DNA from: the human T2T-CHM13v2.0 reference genome, Homo sapiens
NCBI RefSeq assembly: GCF_009914755.1
Contig: NC_060926.1
Direction: 5' to 3' (one strand)
DNA length: 64,000 nucleotides
In this document: one piece after another, positions 39,445 through 55,984 of the stretch
How positions within the stretch are numbered: position 1 is the stretch's first letter
How the letters are laid out: each line of letters starts with the position of its first letter
The notes under the pieces: generated by a model
Databases searched by the model: none
Seen by the model: only the letters and a program-made list of their open reading frames with translations
What the model was told of the DNA's origin: nothing
Made by a program: the position numbers and the translations under genes

Positions 39445-41100
39445 CTTTTTTTTACTTGTATAAATTTAAGCAATACAGGTGCAATTTTGTTACATAGCTA
39501 TACTGTGTAGTGGTGAAGTCTGGGCTTTTAGTGTATCTATCGCCTGAATCATGTATATTGTATCCATTTAGTATTTTCTCATCACTCAACCTCCTTCCAC
39601 CCTTCCACCCATCTCAATCTCCAGTGTTTATCATACCACACTCTATGTCCATGTGTACACATCATTTAGCTCCCACTTATAAGTGAGAACATGTGACATT
39701 TGACCTTCTGTTTTTGAATTATCCACTTAAGATAATGGCCTCCAGTTCCAACCACATTGCTGCAAAAGACATGATTTCATTCTTTTCTTTATAGCTGAAT
39801 AGTATTTCATTGTGGTATGTGTATACACACACACACACACACACACACACCACGTTTTCTTTATCCAATCATCTGTTGATGGACATTTGGGTTGATTCCA
39901 TATCTTTGCTATTGTGAATAGTGCTGCAATAAACAAGTGAGTGCAGATATCTTTTTTATATAATAATTTATTTCCCTTTGGGTAGATACCCAGTTGTGGT
40001 ATTGCTGAACCACATGGTAGTTCTATTTCTAGTTCTTTGAGAAATCTCCATAGTGTTTTCCACAGAAGCTGTACTAGTTTACATTCCCACTAATAATGTG
40101 TAAGTATTCCCTTTTCTCTGCATCCTTGCCAACATGTTATTTTTTGGTGTTTTAATAATAGGCATTCTGACTGCTGTAAGATAATATCTCATTGTGGTTT
40201 TAACTTGCGATTCTCTAGTGATTAGTGATTTGAGCATTTTGTTTTTTGTACGCTTCTTGGCCATTTGTATACTGTATTAGTCTGTTCTTATGCTGCTAAT
40301 AAAGACATACCCAAGATTGGGTAATTTACAAAGAAAAAGTGGTTTAATTGACTCAGTTCCATATGGCTGGAGAGGCCTCACAATCATGGCAGAAGGCAAA
40401 GGAGAAGCAAAGGCACATATTACATGGAGGCAGGCAAGAGAGTGTGTGCAGGGGAACTCCCCTTTATAAAATCATCAGATCTCATAGGACTTATTCAGTA
40501 TCATGAGAACAGCATGGGACAAACCTGCCCCCATGATTCAATTACCTCCCACCGGGTCTCTCCCATGATATGTGGGGATTATTACAATTTAAGGTGAGAT
40601 CTGGGTGGAGACACAGAGCCAAACCATATCATATGCCTTCTTTTGAAAAATGTCTATTCATGTCCTTTGCCCACTTTTTTGGTGGGGTTATTTTGCTGTT
40701 GTTGTTGAATTGTTTGAGTTCCTTCTAAATTCTGGACATTATTTCCCTGTAGGATGCATAGTTTGCAAATATTTTCACCCATTCTGCAGATTATCTGTTC
40801 ACTCTATTGATTATTTCTCTTGCTGTTCAGAAGCGTTCTAGTTTAATTAAGTCCTGTTTGTCTATTTTTGTTTTGGTGCTTGTGCTTTTGATATCTTAGT
40901 CCTGAGTTCTTCACCTAGATTAATTCCAGAAGCATTTTCCCTAGGTTTTCTTCTAGTGTTTTTGTAGTTACAGGTCTTATATGTAAGTCTTTAATCTGTC
41001 TTGAGTTAACTTTTGTATTTGGTGAGAGATAGAGGTCTAGTTCCATTCTTCTGCATATGGCAATTCAATTTCCCCAGTACTGTCTATTGAAAAGGATCCA
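39445..41100 (-). mobile_element. L1 (L1MA/L1PB-like) 3' portion
   Basis: Minus ORF fragments MFIAALFTIAKIWNQPKCPSTDDWIKK and KSLITRESQVKTTMRYYLT match the ORF2 C-terminus. Confidence 0.9.
40273..40631 (-). mobile_element. THE1 (MaLR) solo LTR nested in L1
   Basis: tgtattagtctgttct...gagccaaaccatatca, ~360 bp. 5-bp TSD tatac/tatgc; the L1 sequence is continuous across it. Confidence 0.92.
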
Positions 41101-42689
41101 TATGACTATTTCTTGTATAAATGTTGAATGTGAATAGAGAACATCAGATGGCAAAGCTGGTATGTGGCTTTACCATCTGTAAACAGATGGTGGACTGTCC
41201 ATCTGGTGGTCTCAGAGGGTGGCCTCCTAGGTATTCACCTTGATGAAGTTAGCAGAGCTGAGGCCACACTTTTAGACTTGTGTGCTCACAAACCCTTGGA
41301 TGCAAATTCAGAGCTGGATAGATTCATTCTATTGCAAACCAACATGTTGATTTATTCATCTGTGCCTAGAAATCTAACCATTCTGTAAACTTGATGACAG
41401 CATCCTCTGGCCAGCATGTTGCTTCCTAGTTGGAGGCGTGGTGTGTTTGATGGAGCATCAACTTAGACACAGAATTAGAATCTTAACTCTGCATCTTATG
41501 AACTGGGTGTGACATTAGGTAAATTACTTAACTTTCCCCAAGCCTCAAATTTCTCATCCGAAATGTGGAAATAATAACGTTTCTCTTATAAACTTGCTGT
41601 GAGGAGTAAATAAAATAGTGTTTATGAATTACTTAGCATAGTCCCTGGGCATGTAATTTCTTAGTAAGTACTAATTTTTGTTGGTTAGATCCAGTTACAG
41701 GGGAAGCAAATTTACAGATATGTGGTTCATGAGCAACAGATTTTCTGGATTATTGTCTTACACACAGTAACCAGACTGATCTTTAAAAATCACAAACAAG
41801 AAACAAATCAAATTATTCCCCTGCTTAAACTCTCTGGAGGTTTCTTATTGCACTTAGAAACTCATTGTCATGATCCCTAGGCCAACACCTGTGGTTCCCA
41901 CCCTTGGCTGGTGTGCATAGAATCTTCTGGAGAACTTTGAAAACTACTGGTGCCCAAATTGATGCCTAGAGATTCCGAAGAGTCTGGTCCATGTGGGGAC
42001 TGGGCACTGTGACTTTTATTAGCTCTCTAGTTGTTTCCAGTATGATCTTGCCCTGACCCCTCCCTCCTGTCTGTGTTTCTTATTGGGCCTTCTCTCCTTC
42101 CCTGCTCCTATGACTGGGACCTCCCTTCTAATCTTTGAATGTGCTGAGCTCTTCCTTCAGGACCGAAAGCCTCTTCATTACTGAGCCAGGTGCTACCACC
42201 CCTTCTATGTCAAGCTCACATTCCATCTTCGTTATGACTCTGGCCTCTGGTCAGAACGTGGGGTGCTCTTTCCCTTCAGGAAGTTGGGACTTGGAGGGCT
42301 GGGACTTCACCATCAGAGTCTTTTGTGCCTGGTTGTAGTTGGAATCTCGTGCATTTTCATGTAGAGGTTACACTGTTTGCAGGGCCCATCTGGTCTTCAC
42401 AGTGAAGAGAGAAGTCTTAGCTGTTCAAAAGTCATGTTGCTTGCTATTGGAGCCCCTGATATGTGGCCCAGATTATGGTAAGGCGAGTGAGTGAGGCATT
42501 GCCTTGGTCATAAATTTTAAGGAGGTCCCGCAAACTCAGTAGTCAAGATAAATAATATTTTAATGCAATATTTAAACAATCAAAATTAATGCAAAAAATC
42601 CATGATGAAAAAAAAATCAGAATTCAGGTCAATTCCAGGTTGATTTAGTGAATAAAGAGATATCAATAGGGACTGCTTTATTTTTTTAT

Positions 42690-43033
<344 letters not shown>

Positions 43034-43209
43034 TAAGGGATAATTTGAGTCTGTTCTGCTTTCTTGGGTTGTGTTTCTCAAACTGGCTTATGGGGATTTC
43101 CAGCGATGTAAATTTTGTGATGAAAATATTTTATAGTAAAGCACACATGGCCATATTGTGGAAAGAAATGCCAAAATTTTATGAAACTTTAAAATAAATC
43201 AAGCTCAAC

Positions 43210-43460
43210 TACTGGAGAAGCTGAGGTAGGAGGATCGCTTGAGCCCGGGAGTTGGAGGTTACAGTGAGCCATGCATTCGAAAGCAGAACAGAATCGAATT
43301 ATCCCTCGAATGCGCTACAGCCACAATATAAAACAGTCATTACTGATATCTCTTTATTCACTAGATAGATCCTGAATTGTCTCGCTCTGTCTCCCAGGCT
43401 GGAGTGCAGTGCGAGACCTTGTCTCTAAAACAAATAAATAAATAAATACAAACAAAAACA
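43210..43460 (+). mobile_element. Rearranged AluJ right arm with internal inversion/insertion
   Basis: Forward Alu to gtgagccatg (~43273), ~105 bp of non-Alu sequence, an inverted Alu piece (43379-43411), then forward cgagaccttgtctct and an A-rich tail. Confidence 0.85.
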
Positions 43461-45222
43461 AGCTCAAGACTTTGAAGAAATGATACCCCGGAGCTTTGAG
43501 ACCAGAGACTCCCGAGTTACACACATTTTCTTCTTTCTGCCACTAGGTGGAGGCAGTGGAGCAGGTTGAGAATCACTGTCATAAAGCTTGTAATTAAAGA
43601 ACATCAGAGTGCCAGACAGTGGAGCTGCTATAAAGTGCAGAATAACTACTCCTGTCCTATACTTGGTCGCGTATGAGCGGGAAGTGAATGGAAGGGAGGC
43701 TCGAAACAATGGGAAGAGCCGTAAGAATCAGGTCTGATAAACTTACATAAACGGCCTTGCACACAACTTTTCTGGCTGAACCTGCACTTCCCATAAGTCA
43801 AATGCAAATGTTGGAAGGAATATCTTGCGAGGTTCTTTCTAGCTTGTACAGCCTGAGCTATTTTAAAGGAGAAAAGCTGACGAGCAATCGTCCTTGGAAT
43901 TTGCAGTGCATAAACTTGACCAGCAAAGGGCAGCAGTGCACACACCTTTTAAAAAGTAACTTTCCAAATTTTCTACTGCCATGAGAGAGTTCTGATTCTA
44001 CAAATAGGAGACAGTGTTTGGACCACTTAATAACAACCAACCATAAAAGTAAATTTTCTTTTTATTAAACCTTTTAATTTTACATTTGTAAACAGAAAAG
44101 AAATCCTTATTTTGTTGGCTCTGGGACATCACTTTCTTGGTTCAACTCCTTCCTCCTGACCACTGCTTCTAAGTCTCCTGTGCTGTTTTCTTCTCATCTC
44201 TTCGACCTCTACTTGTTGGGTTACCTGCCAGGTCCCAGCCTGCCTTCATTGATTTAACTCATTGCTAGTAACCTCGCCCTGTTTCCCAAATTTGCATCTC
44301 CACCCGGACTATTTCCCGAACTCCAGAATCACGCATATTCATCCACCTGTCCAAGGGATATTGCCAATTAGAGGTCTAGCAGGCATCTCAAATGTCTAAT
44401 ATGTTCAACTCTAATCCCTGATTCCCGCCTGCCTTCCCCATCTCAGAAAATGTCCTTCCAAATTCTCTAGTTGCTCAGGTTAAACACTTGCAACCACCTT
44501 GATTTCACGTTTCTCCCACGCCTCACATCCAATATGTTAACAAATTCTATTTTTTCTACCTTTGAAACATGACCAGAATCTGACACTTTTCACCACAGTT
44601 GCCACTGAGCCTCTTGACTATTATCAAGAAAGGAGATGTGTTCTGTTTTGTAAAGATTATTAAAAGATGTTAAATTGGGACTTTTTTTGTATTTGTTTTG
44701 TAAGGTATCTCAAAGGCCAAGAATAATATAATGGATATTGTGTTCTCTAATGGAACAATTCATTTTCTCTCCTCCTCCACTGCATTTTTGGGGATGGTGG
44801 AAGTATTGGAGGATTTTCAGAATAAGAAACAATTTTATTGCTGTTCACCAGATGTCAGGAGGGTATGGTGTGGTGGGCCTGGGAGTGGACTGTTTAACCC
44901 TAGAACTTAGAAACCAGTGTCCCTGTGGAGCACAAACCCTAATAGGTCTTGGTGAGTAACAGAATAGATAAAAGAGAGCTCAGTCTGGTCATAAATCCTT
45001 TGGCCAGTTGCCATTCATTGCCATGAGAAATTCCCCAAGAAGACACCCACCTCTTTTTCAGGCAATTCTGTTTACTAGATTCTGGAGGATTCGTTATCAT
45101 CGAAGAACCCTGCCTTCTAGTCAGATGGTGCATTAGTCAGAATTCTTTTTGCAAGTAACATAAGTCAGCTGTAACACATACAAGTAGAAAAGGAATTAGA
45201 AAAAGAAAAGTAGTTATACTAA

Positions 45223-45811
45223 TGTGAAAGAAAAAATAAACCTCAGGACCCCAAAAATCACTAAGCCAAAAGGGAAAGTCAAGCTGGGAATTGCATCAGG
45301 CAAACCTGCCTCCCATTTTATTCCTAAATAAGATAGCTACAAAGAAAAAAAAGCTACATACCTCCCTCACAATTTGCCCACAAGGTAATTCCTTGTGGAC
45401 AAAGAAAGGACAGAGCTCAAAGTCATCCCTCTGTTCACTTCAGACAAATGCATATGCAATGCTTCTTCTGCCCTACTGTTTCAATAAGCCAGACTAAGGC
45501 ATAAATGACTATTTCTCTACCTGCCTTTCACATGTGAAAGGCTGATCAGAGACTCAAAACAATGCAACCCCAGCAGGAAGCCCCCTTCCCTGCCTTGAGT
45601 TGTCACACCTTTCCAGACCAAAGCGATGCACATCTTCTACATATCGATTGATGTTTCTTGTCTCCCTAAAATGTATAACACCAAGCTGTGCCCCGACCCC
45701 CTTGGGCACATATATCAGGACCTCTGGATGCTTTATCATGGGCTTGTCCTTAATCTTGGGAAAATAAACTTTCTAAATTAATTGAGATCTGTCTCATACT
45801 TTGAGTTCACA
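45223..45811 (+). mobile_element. MER4-family (ERV1) solo LTR
   Basis: TG...CA termini (tgtgaaag...gttcaca), AATAAA near the 3' end, 4-bp TSD ctaa/ctag; start resembles MER4A. Confidence 0.85.
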
Positions 45812-48464
45812 CTAGGTTGTTCACAAAGACACAAGGAAGGCTATAGATCCAGGATGGGGCTATGCAGGTGGAAAATGTACCTTTGATCATGTCACCAAAC
45901 CAGTCCAGGGATACGCCCAAAACATGCTTGGCAGCATGAGGCTGCAGTGTGCACTGATGACATTAGTGCTTATGGACTTGGTCTCACTGCTAGTGAGAGT
46001 CATTTTCTTGATTATTTTTCTCAAATTTGGGTGAGGTGAATGTGTAGCTCCACAAGATGGTGTAGAGGGGGCAATGTGAAGCCATGTAACCTTATTGAAC
46101 ATCTTTTTGGAGTGTCCATTTTACTTGAATGGCTCATGGAAAAAAATTATATTAAAATTTATACACACATAAAAGGCACAAGTTGTAGTATTTACTACGA
46201 GAAGAAAACATGATTTAAGAGATAAGCTTCAAACTGCACAAATAGCAGTAGGGGAGACGAAGATAGTTATTCACTTCCCTCTGCTGCTTATTGTGAACCA
46301 TGAGAAGCCCCATCTTAAAGCGTCTGAGGAAGTACATGGACTTATAATAGCAAATCTATGCATATATCTTATTTTAGCCTTTTCTGCTAGACTTTGGGTT
46401 GGAGAAGTGATGTGAGAAGGTGTAAAGAGCACAAAATTAGGAGTCAAAAGGCCTGGTTTTAGCCTCAGCTCTGCCACGAACTAAGTGACCTGGGTTAAGA
46501 TATTTCTATCTGTGCCCTCTAAGATATTTCCTTACATCAAAGAATGCAATAGATAATTTCTAAGGTTCTTTTTGGCTTTTAGTCTCTAGGTCATTGGAAT
46601 GGAGACGTTAGGCGAGCATTCTTCTTTGGAGCTGTAGAACATTAGTTTGATCACCAGAAGGCACAGGATCCCATGGTGATATAGGATTATAGGAAATGAA
46701 CAAAACACAGTCTTCTCTCATGCACTTCTCTCACAGTCTTCTCTCACTTCTCTCTCTCTTTTCTGTTTTGTGTATTTATATTTTCCATAATAGGGTAGGT
46801 TATACCACTGCCCCAAATCTCATGGCCTAGCTCCAACAAATGCTTATATCTTGCTCATGCTACAATCTTCACCAGGGCCAGAAAGGTGCTCTGCTCCATG
46901 CAGCCACTCAAGGATCCAGGCAGACAGAGGCTCTACCATCTTGTATTTGCACCATTTGGAGCACATGGCCTCTTAAGTTGCTTATACAGATAAAGGATAG
47001 ACTGGAAAATTCCGTAAGATCTTTTTCCTGCCTCAGCCTGCAAAGGATGTATGTATGCCTATTTCTTTGGCCATAGCATTTGTAAGGAGACTGGGACATA
47101 TAGGTGAGCAAATGGAACATATACAAAGTAATAATGTCTCTAAGATAAATATTTACAATTCACAAATGTACAAAGAATTTTATAGATGCATCCATAATTC
47201 ACATTTTGTGTCATTATCACCATTTTCTCCTAAATTACATAAAACTTATTTTATTTATTGACATGTGCTTCATATTTATCATTTATCACTGCCTGCTAAT
47301 TTTCATCAGGAGCATCAATGGCTATTCAATATCCTATTTATGTACCATAGTTTATAAATGTATTGACATTTAAGTGATAATTTATTATGGTTTTTTGCTA
47401 TTATAACTTATTGAATTGATGAAATGACATACTTTTATTAACTGATTTTTCTAATATTAATTTCTAGTTCCATGAGGCTTTCCACTTTGGATGGTAAAAA
47501 GGGAGATAGCATTTCTACTTATATGCATAAATTAATTCTAGGTAGTGAATTTTATTTATCTGGGAATAATTTTTAGATATGGCAACTCTCATTCATTTTG
47601 ACAAGAAAAATCTAAAGCTCATAAACCCTGAATCCTATATGCTTACTCTCACAAAAATCTCTAATGTCCTGCTGGGATTTATCCACAGTTTAGATTAGAC
47701 CTGGAATACATATGGTCATGCAACAATGATCTTAGAACAGGACTTTAACTTGGCTTTAGGAACTGAGGCTGAGAGTAATAGAATTGATTTTTGTGTGTGT
47801 GTGTGAAGCTCCTATTATAATAATTAGAATACTTTGATTCACTCAGTTAAAGTTTTCCCCTGATTTATTGTGTACATACAATGAAGGATCAAGAAAGAGA
47901 AATTTTTAAATGGAAGCATTAGCCAGACAAGTTTGACCTCACAGTTTTACTAGGGGATATATCACCTAGTTTTGGATCTATTTCTAACATCTTAACATTG
48001 TGAAAAGAGTCTTGGGAAACTGGTTAAATCCCAAAGAATGCTGCAATAGGAGGTTGGCCCTTATGAGTTATTTAATATCTTGAGCTGCCTTCGGAAAATG
48101 TTGCTGAGCAGGCATTGAAGAGTATCGATAAAATTTATTGAGAATTTGTTTATTATGATTAACAGAGGTAAAAGCCAGTATATTACTGATTAATATAGGT
48201 AAAAGGCAGTTAAGAAATTGGGAATGCTTTCTCTTCTGCTTTCTTCTACGATGCACAAGGCGTTTCACATTTATGCCCCTATGAAAATTACTAGGCTGTC
48301 CTAGTCATTAGATCTTTCAGCAGTTTGTAGTTTTAGAGCTTCTAAGTTGACTTCTGTCTTTTCTATTCATACAATTACACATTCTGTGATGATATTTTTG
48401 GCTCTTGATTTACATTGGGTACTTTCACAACCCACTGCTCATGAAATTTGCTTTTGTACTCACT

Positions 48465-48535
48465 GGTTGTTTTTGCATAGGCCCCTCCAGGCCACGACCA
48501 GCTGTTTGGATTTTATAAACGGGCCGTTTGCATTG
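48465..48535 (+). promoter_or_regulatory. IGKV4-1 promoter
   Basis: Octamer variants TTTTGCAT (48471-48478) and GTTTGCAT (48526-48533), E-box CAGCTG (48499-48504), TATAAA (48514-48519). Confidence 0.8.
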
Positions 48536-48571
48536 TGAACTGAGCTACAACAGGCAGGCAGGGGCAGCAAG

Positions 48572-48620
48572 ATGGTGTTGCAGACCCAGGTCTTCATTTC
48601 TCTGTTGCTCTGGATCTCTG
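48572..48620 (+). CDS. IGKV4-1: IGKV4-1 leader exon (MVLQTQVFISLLLWIS)
   Basis: ATG at 48572; 49-nt exon; GT donor at 48621. Confidence 0.97.
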
Positions 48621-48790
48621 GTGAGGAATTAAAAAGTGCCACAGTCTTTTCAGAGTAATATCTGTGTAGAAATAAAAAAAATTAAGATATAGTTGGAAAT
48701 AATGACTATTTCCAATATGGATCCAATTATCTGCTGACTTATAATACTACTAGAAAGCAAATTTAAATGACATATTTCAATTATATCTGA

Positions 48791-49330
<540 letters not shown>

Positions 49331-49839
49331 TAAGAGACTTGACTTTTGCTGGATCTCTTTTTGTAGAAGATTATTAAAGCAAAATGTTGTAAAGATCCCT
49401 TAGAGACATTGTCAGGAGTTTTTGTGTTGCAGGAACCTGCATGTTTCACATGGACACATCACATGACCGAGCCAAATAGATTTATCTTTACTCTCTAGAA
49501 CAGGGTCCACTCAGTTTTACGCACAGATGGGTCAATTCTTTCCTCTATGTGCCTCCTTGACTCTGGAAAGTTTCTACTTGGATTCCTAATTCTCTTTTTT
49601 CTTTCTTCATCTGCAATCCTTCCCAATATTAAACCTTGATCCTTCCTATTCATAGCCTCCCACATAGAAGGTAGTGTCCCTCTGTAGCTTTTTCCTTCCA
49701 GAGACCCTGTTTCTTTCCATCATATTAATACTTTCATAGGCAATTTTCTAATTCTTTATTACTCTAGAAATATGTGACAGCATTTCTCATTGCCTTTTAC
49801 AATAGTTTGCCAACTTTCTTCTTATTTATCATTTTTCCA

Positions 49840-52210
49840 TTTTTAATTTTCATGGTATACAGTAGAAAGATTATATACACACACACACACACACATATAT
49901 ATATACACATATGTATATATATTTATGGGGTACCTGAGATGTTTAGATACAGGCATGCAATGTGTAATAATCACATCATGGAGAATGGGGTCTCCAGCCC
50001 CTTAAGCATTTATCCTTTGTGTTACAAACAATCCAATTACACTCTTTTAGTTATTTAAAAATGTATAGTTAAGTTATTATTGACTAAAGTCACCCTGTTG
50101 TACTAGCAAATAGTAGGACTTATTCATTCTTTCTAAGTATTTTTTGTATGGATTAACTATCCCCACTTTCCCCCTACTCCCCACCCCTGCCCACTACTCT
50201 TCTCAGCCTCTGGTCGCTATCCTTCTAGTCTCTATGTTCATAAATTCTATTGTTTTCATTTTTAGACTCTTCATATACATGAGAATAAATGATGTTTGTC
50301 TTCCTGTACATGGCTTATTTCACTAAACGTAATGACGTTCGTTAGTTCCATCCAAATTGTTGCAAATGACAGGACCTCATTCTATTTTATGGCTGAATAG
50401 TACTCCATTGTGTTTATGTACTACATTTTCTTTTTCTGTTCATCTGTTGATGGACATTTAGGTTGCTTCCAGATTTTAGCTATTGCGAACAGTGCTGCAA
50501 CAAATATGGGAGAGCAGATATCTCTTTGATATACTGATTTCCTTTGTTTTGGGTATATACCCAGCAGTGGAGTTGCTGAATGATATCGTAGCTCTATTTT
50601 TAGCTTTTTGAGGAACCTCCAAACTGTTCTCCATAGTGGGTGTACTAATTTACATTCTCACCAACAGTGTATAAGGGTTCCTTTTTCTCCACATTCTTGC
50701 CAGCTTTTGTTATCGCCTGTCTCTTGGATATAAGCCATTTTAACTGGGGCGAGATGATATCTCATTGTAGTTTTGATTTGCATTTCTCTAATGATCAATG
50801 ATGCTGAGCACCTTTTAATATGCCTGCTTGTCATTTGTTTGTCTTCTTTTGAGAAACGTCTATTCAAATCCTGTGCCTATTTTTGATTGGATTATTAGAC
50901 TTTTTCCTATAGAGTTGTTTTAGCTCCTCATACATATTATGGTTCTTAATCTCTTGTCAGATGGATAGTTTGTAAATTTTTTCTCCTATTCTGTGGTTGC
51001 CTCTTCACTTTTTTGATTGCTTCCTTTGCTGTATAGAAGCTTTTAAACTTAATGTGATCCCATTTGTCCATTTTTGCTTTGATTGCCTGTGCTAGTGGGG
51101 TATTACTCACGAAATCTTTGCCCAGACTGATGTCATGGAGAGTTTCCCAAATGTTTTCTTGTAGTAGTTTCATAGTTTGAGGTCTTAGATTTGTCTTTAA
51201 TCCATTTTGATTTGCTTTTTCTATATGGTGAGAGATTGAAGTCTAGTTTCATTCTCTTGCATATGGATAGCCAATTTCCCCAGCATTATTTATTGAAGAG
51301 ATTCTTTTCCCTAGTGTAAATTGATGACATCTTTGTTGAAAATGAATTGACTGCAGGTATGTGGATTTGTATTGCAGGGTTCTCTATTCTTTCCATTGGT
51401 CTATGTGTCTCTTTTTTATGCCAGTGCCACCCTGTTTTGGTTACTATAGCTCTGAGTATAATTTGAAGTCAGGTAATGCAATTCTTTCAGTTTTGTTCTT
51501 TTTGCTTAAGATAGCTTTGGCTATTGTGGGTCCTTTGTGGTTTAATATAAATTTAAGGGTTGTTTTTTCTATTTCTGTGAGAAATGTCATTGGCGTTTTG
51601 ATAGGGATTGCATTGAATCTGTAGATTGCTTTGGGTACTATGGAAATTTTAACAATGCTGATTTTTCCAATCCTTAAGCATGAAATATCTTTCCATTTTT
51701 TGGTGTCTTCTTCAATTTCTTTCATTGGTATTTTATAGTTTTCATTATAAAGATCTTTCACTTGTTTGGTTAATTCTTATGAATTTAAGTATGGTTATTG
51801 TAAATGGGATTATTTTTAATTTTTTGTCAGAGTGTTCACTGTTGGCATATAGAAATACTGTTGTTTTTTTGTATGTTGATTTTGTGTCCTCCAACTTTAC
51901 TGAACTGGTTTATCAGTTCTAAGAGTTTTTTAGTGGAGTCCTTAGGTTTTTCAAAATATGAGATCATATAATCGCCTAACAAGAATAATTTGACTTCTTC
52001 CATTGAATTTTTGATCTCCTTAATTTCTTTCTTTTGTCTGATTGCTCTAGCTAGGACTTCCAGTACCATGCTGAATAAGAGTGGTGAAAGTGGGCATCCT
52101 TGTCATGTTCCAGATCTCTCAGGAAAGGCTTTCACTTTTCCCCCATTCAGTGTGTCTGTTATATATAGTTTTTATTATGTTAAGATATGTTTCTTCTACA
52201 TCCAGTTTAT
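49840..52210 (-). mobile_element. L1 (L1MA/L1PB-like), 5'-truncated, decayed ORF2
   Basis: Several minus ORF fragments match L1 ORF2 (KDLYNENYK...[30 protein letters not shown]). Confidence 0.93.
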
Positions 52211-52614
52211 TAAGTGGTTTTTATTTATTTATTTATTTTTGTTTGTTTGTTTTTTACACATCACTTCTTTTGGCCATTCCTAGCTCCAAGAGGGTCTGTG
52301 TTGATGTTGTTATTGTTTTCTAATAAGGAAAAAGAGGAAAACTGAGGTTAGGAGACAAGTAGCCACCTGTGTACAGGGTCAGACATAAAGTCAAATGATC
52401 ACTGATGGAGCTCTGGTGATAGGCCTCTCTTAAAAATCACCAAACTTAATGCAAAATCCTAAGGACTCCATACCTAAAACCCCCTAAAATGAGATCAGTG
52501 AAAATGAGCAGTGGGCAAAATTGGGACCCATGAGAATGTATCCAGTAGGATCATGATCAGTCAAGCAAATGGGTTTAACTTGGCTTTCCTGGTTTATTAT
52601 TATTTATTTCCTGG

Positions 52615-53545
<931 letters not shown>

Positions 53546-53689
53546 TAAGCATTTTTTTGATAGAGTAGCACAGATAAGTATCTGTCTGTTTTTTTTTTCC
53601 AACTGTATTTCCTTCTGCTCTATTTTTTTCTGTCTCTGCAACTTCAAATATTTGTAAATTAATTATTGAGAAAATAATAATAGTAATAA

Positions 53690-54035
<346 letters not shown>

Positions 54036-55984
54036 CTATATATTGATGTATGTTGTATATTGTCATTGAAATTTTGATTATACTCACCATGGGATATCTT
54101 ACTTTGGAATAGGTGGCATCTCAAATACAATTTATTTCCTTTGGCAGAAGGAGGATTATTTTGTTGTGAATTCAAACCTTCATTAACTTCAGTGTAACAC
54201 CATACCATAAGTGATGTTTCCTGTTATTAAATCACAAACAGTATTAGGAATGAGAGGCTGAAGCAGGAGAATGGCTTGAGCTCACAGATTTGAGGCCAGT
54301 TTGAGTGACATAGTGAGACCCCTTGTGAAAAAAAAGAGAAAATTTTAAATGCGGTATATTTAAAACACATATTTCTAGACATTTATTACTGGTATATGGA
54401 AATCATGTTTATTATCTAATATCATAAACTCTGACATGATCACTATCATTTCTTTAGTTTTTAATAAATTTTCAGCATTTGTGTATGTCATATGTATTTA
54501 TTGATTGACATAGACCTTAATGTCTTATAATATAATACAGAAGTGGACATGAGCATATTATAATTTAATTAAAAAAATGAAAGAATTTCCACTTAGAAGA
54601 CCACCATAGCTGTTGCTATAAATGCAGAAATAAACACAAACTTAACTAAAAATTCATGTGTATGATGACATCGGAGAGCTACAGAAGACACAAAGGTTAG
54701 ATGACCTAAAATTCTAGAGAAGAAATAGACCTCTGTAGGTGAGGTAAATCTGAGCTCTTATTTAGTTCTTTTTTTGTGTGTGTGGTTTCCATGGAATCTA
54801 TTTAATCAAAACTGCAGAAGGTTCTAGAAAAACACATTTTTAACCAAGGACTGCCGATGATTCTAAGTTTTGAGTAAAACTGTGGTTGGGGGAAACAATT
54901 TTCTGCTTTATTGTGTGTCCGAGTACATACATGATAAAAGTAAAAGCCAGGGAATGGAATAAAACATAGCTTTATATAATATATTAGTAGATACCTAAAT
55001 ACAATATGGTCTTAAAAATGAAGTCATATGTATATAGTTGTATTCCTAAGTATGTTAGTCCCCCCTCATCCACAAATCTCCTTTCTGTGGCTTCAGTTAC
55101 TTATAGTCAACCACAGTCTAAAACACATGAGTACTGTAAAAGAAGATATTTTGAGAGCGAGAGGGACCAACCAAATTCACATAACTTTTCATATTAGATC
55201 TTAGTGATGCAAATTAGATCTTACTCATACAAATGAGACATTGAATTAAGTCTTTCTCTCAGTCTGACCCTTAGAATTGTCTTTTGTAAGATTTTAAAAT
55301 GCATCAAGTAATACTTACATATGTAACAGCTGACCCCTGAGCCATCACTGACACAGATGGTACCAGGACTGCTGTGCACAGACAGGCTTTCGACTCTGAG
55401 TAGTAGACACAAGTTTGCTGTATTTGCAGCCTCCACTTGAGGGCTTGGGGGTTCCCTGGCCTGGCTACACTGATAGCACAACTGGCTTTGACTCTATCCC
55501 CAATTCCCCTTCCTCCCTATCCCCTATGCAAATCCCAGTAATTCTCCAGGTGATATCCTGGGGATTTCCTTGGGATATTCTTGGTCTTCATCCTGCCTTA
55601 GAGAAAACTGATCCTCAGAGGCCTCACCTGATCCAGAGTTTTAGGTTTATCCTGACCCAGACTCTAATTCCAGGGTTATCCTCTTGAGTTGGAGGAAGAA
55701 ATGGTGATTTTTAAAAGATAATCATCTATAGGATCAGTAGTCAGAGGCTTCATGCTGATGAGCTGTAGGAAATAAGATCAAATGGCAGCAAAAGGGTGGA
55801 ATACGGAAGTTTCCAAAATAATAATAAGGTATAGCCCATTTGGTTCACTGGAAATTAAAGAGACCCATGGCCTTGAACAATGATGTATGTGTGAGTTACA
55901 CACCCTTCAAAGAAACATGGTGTTATCTTTGTGTGTCTGCACTGAATAGCTTGGTCATATAACGGTAATAAGAATGGCAGCAAA

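Noticed and set aside
48693-48715. 9-bp inverted repeat in the IGKV4-1 leader intron
   Set aside because: Short and AT-rich; expected by chance in 64 kb.
50658-52069. Reverse-transcriptase-like ORF fragments as a novel retroelement system
   Set aside because: Ordinary frameshifted, 5'-truncated L1 ORF2 remnants.
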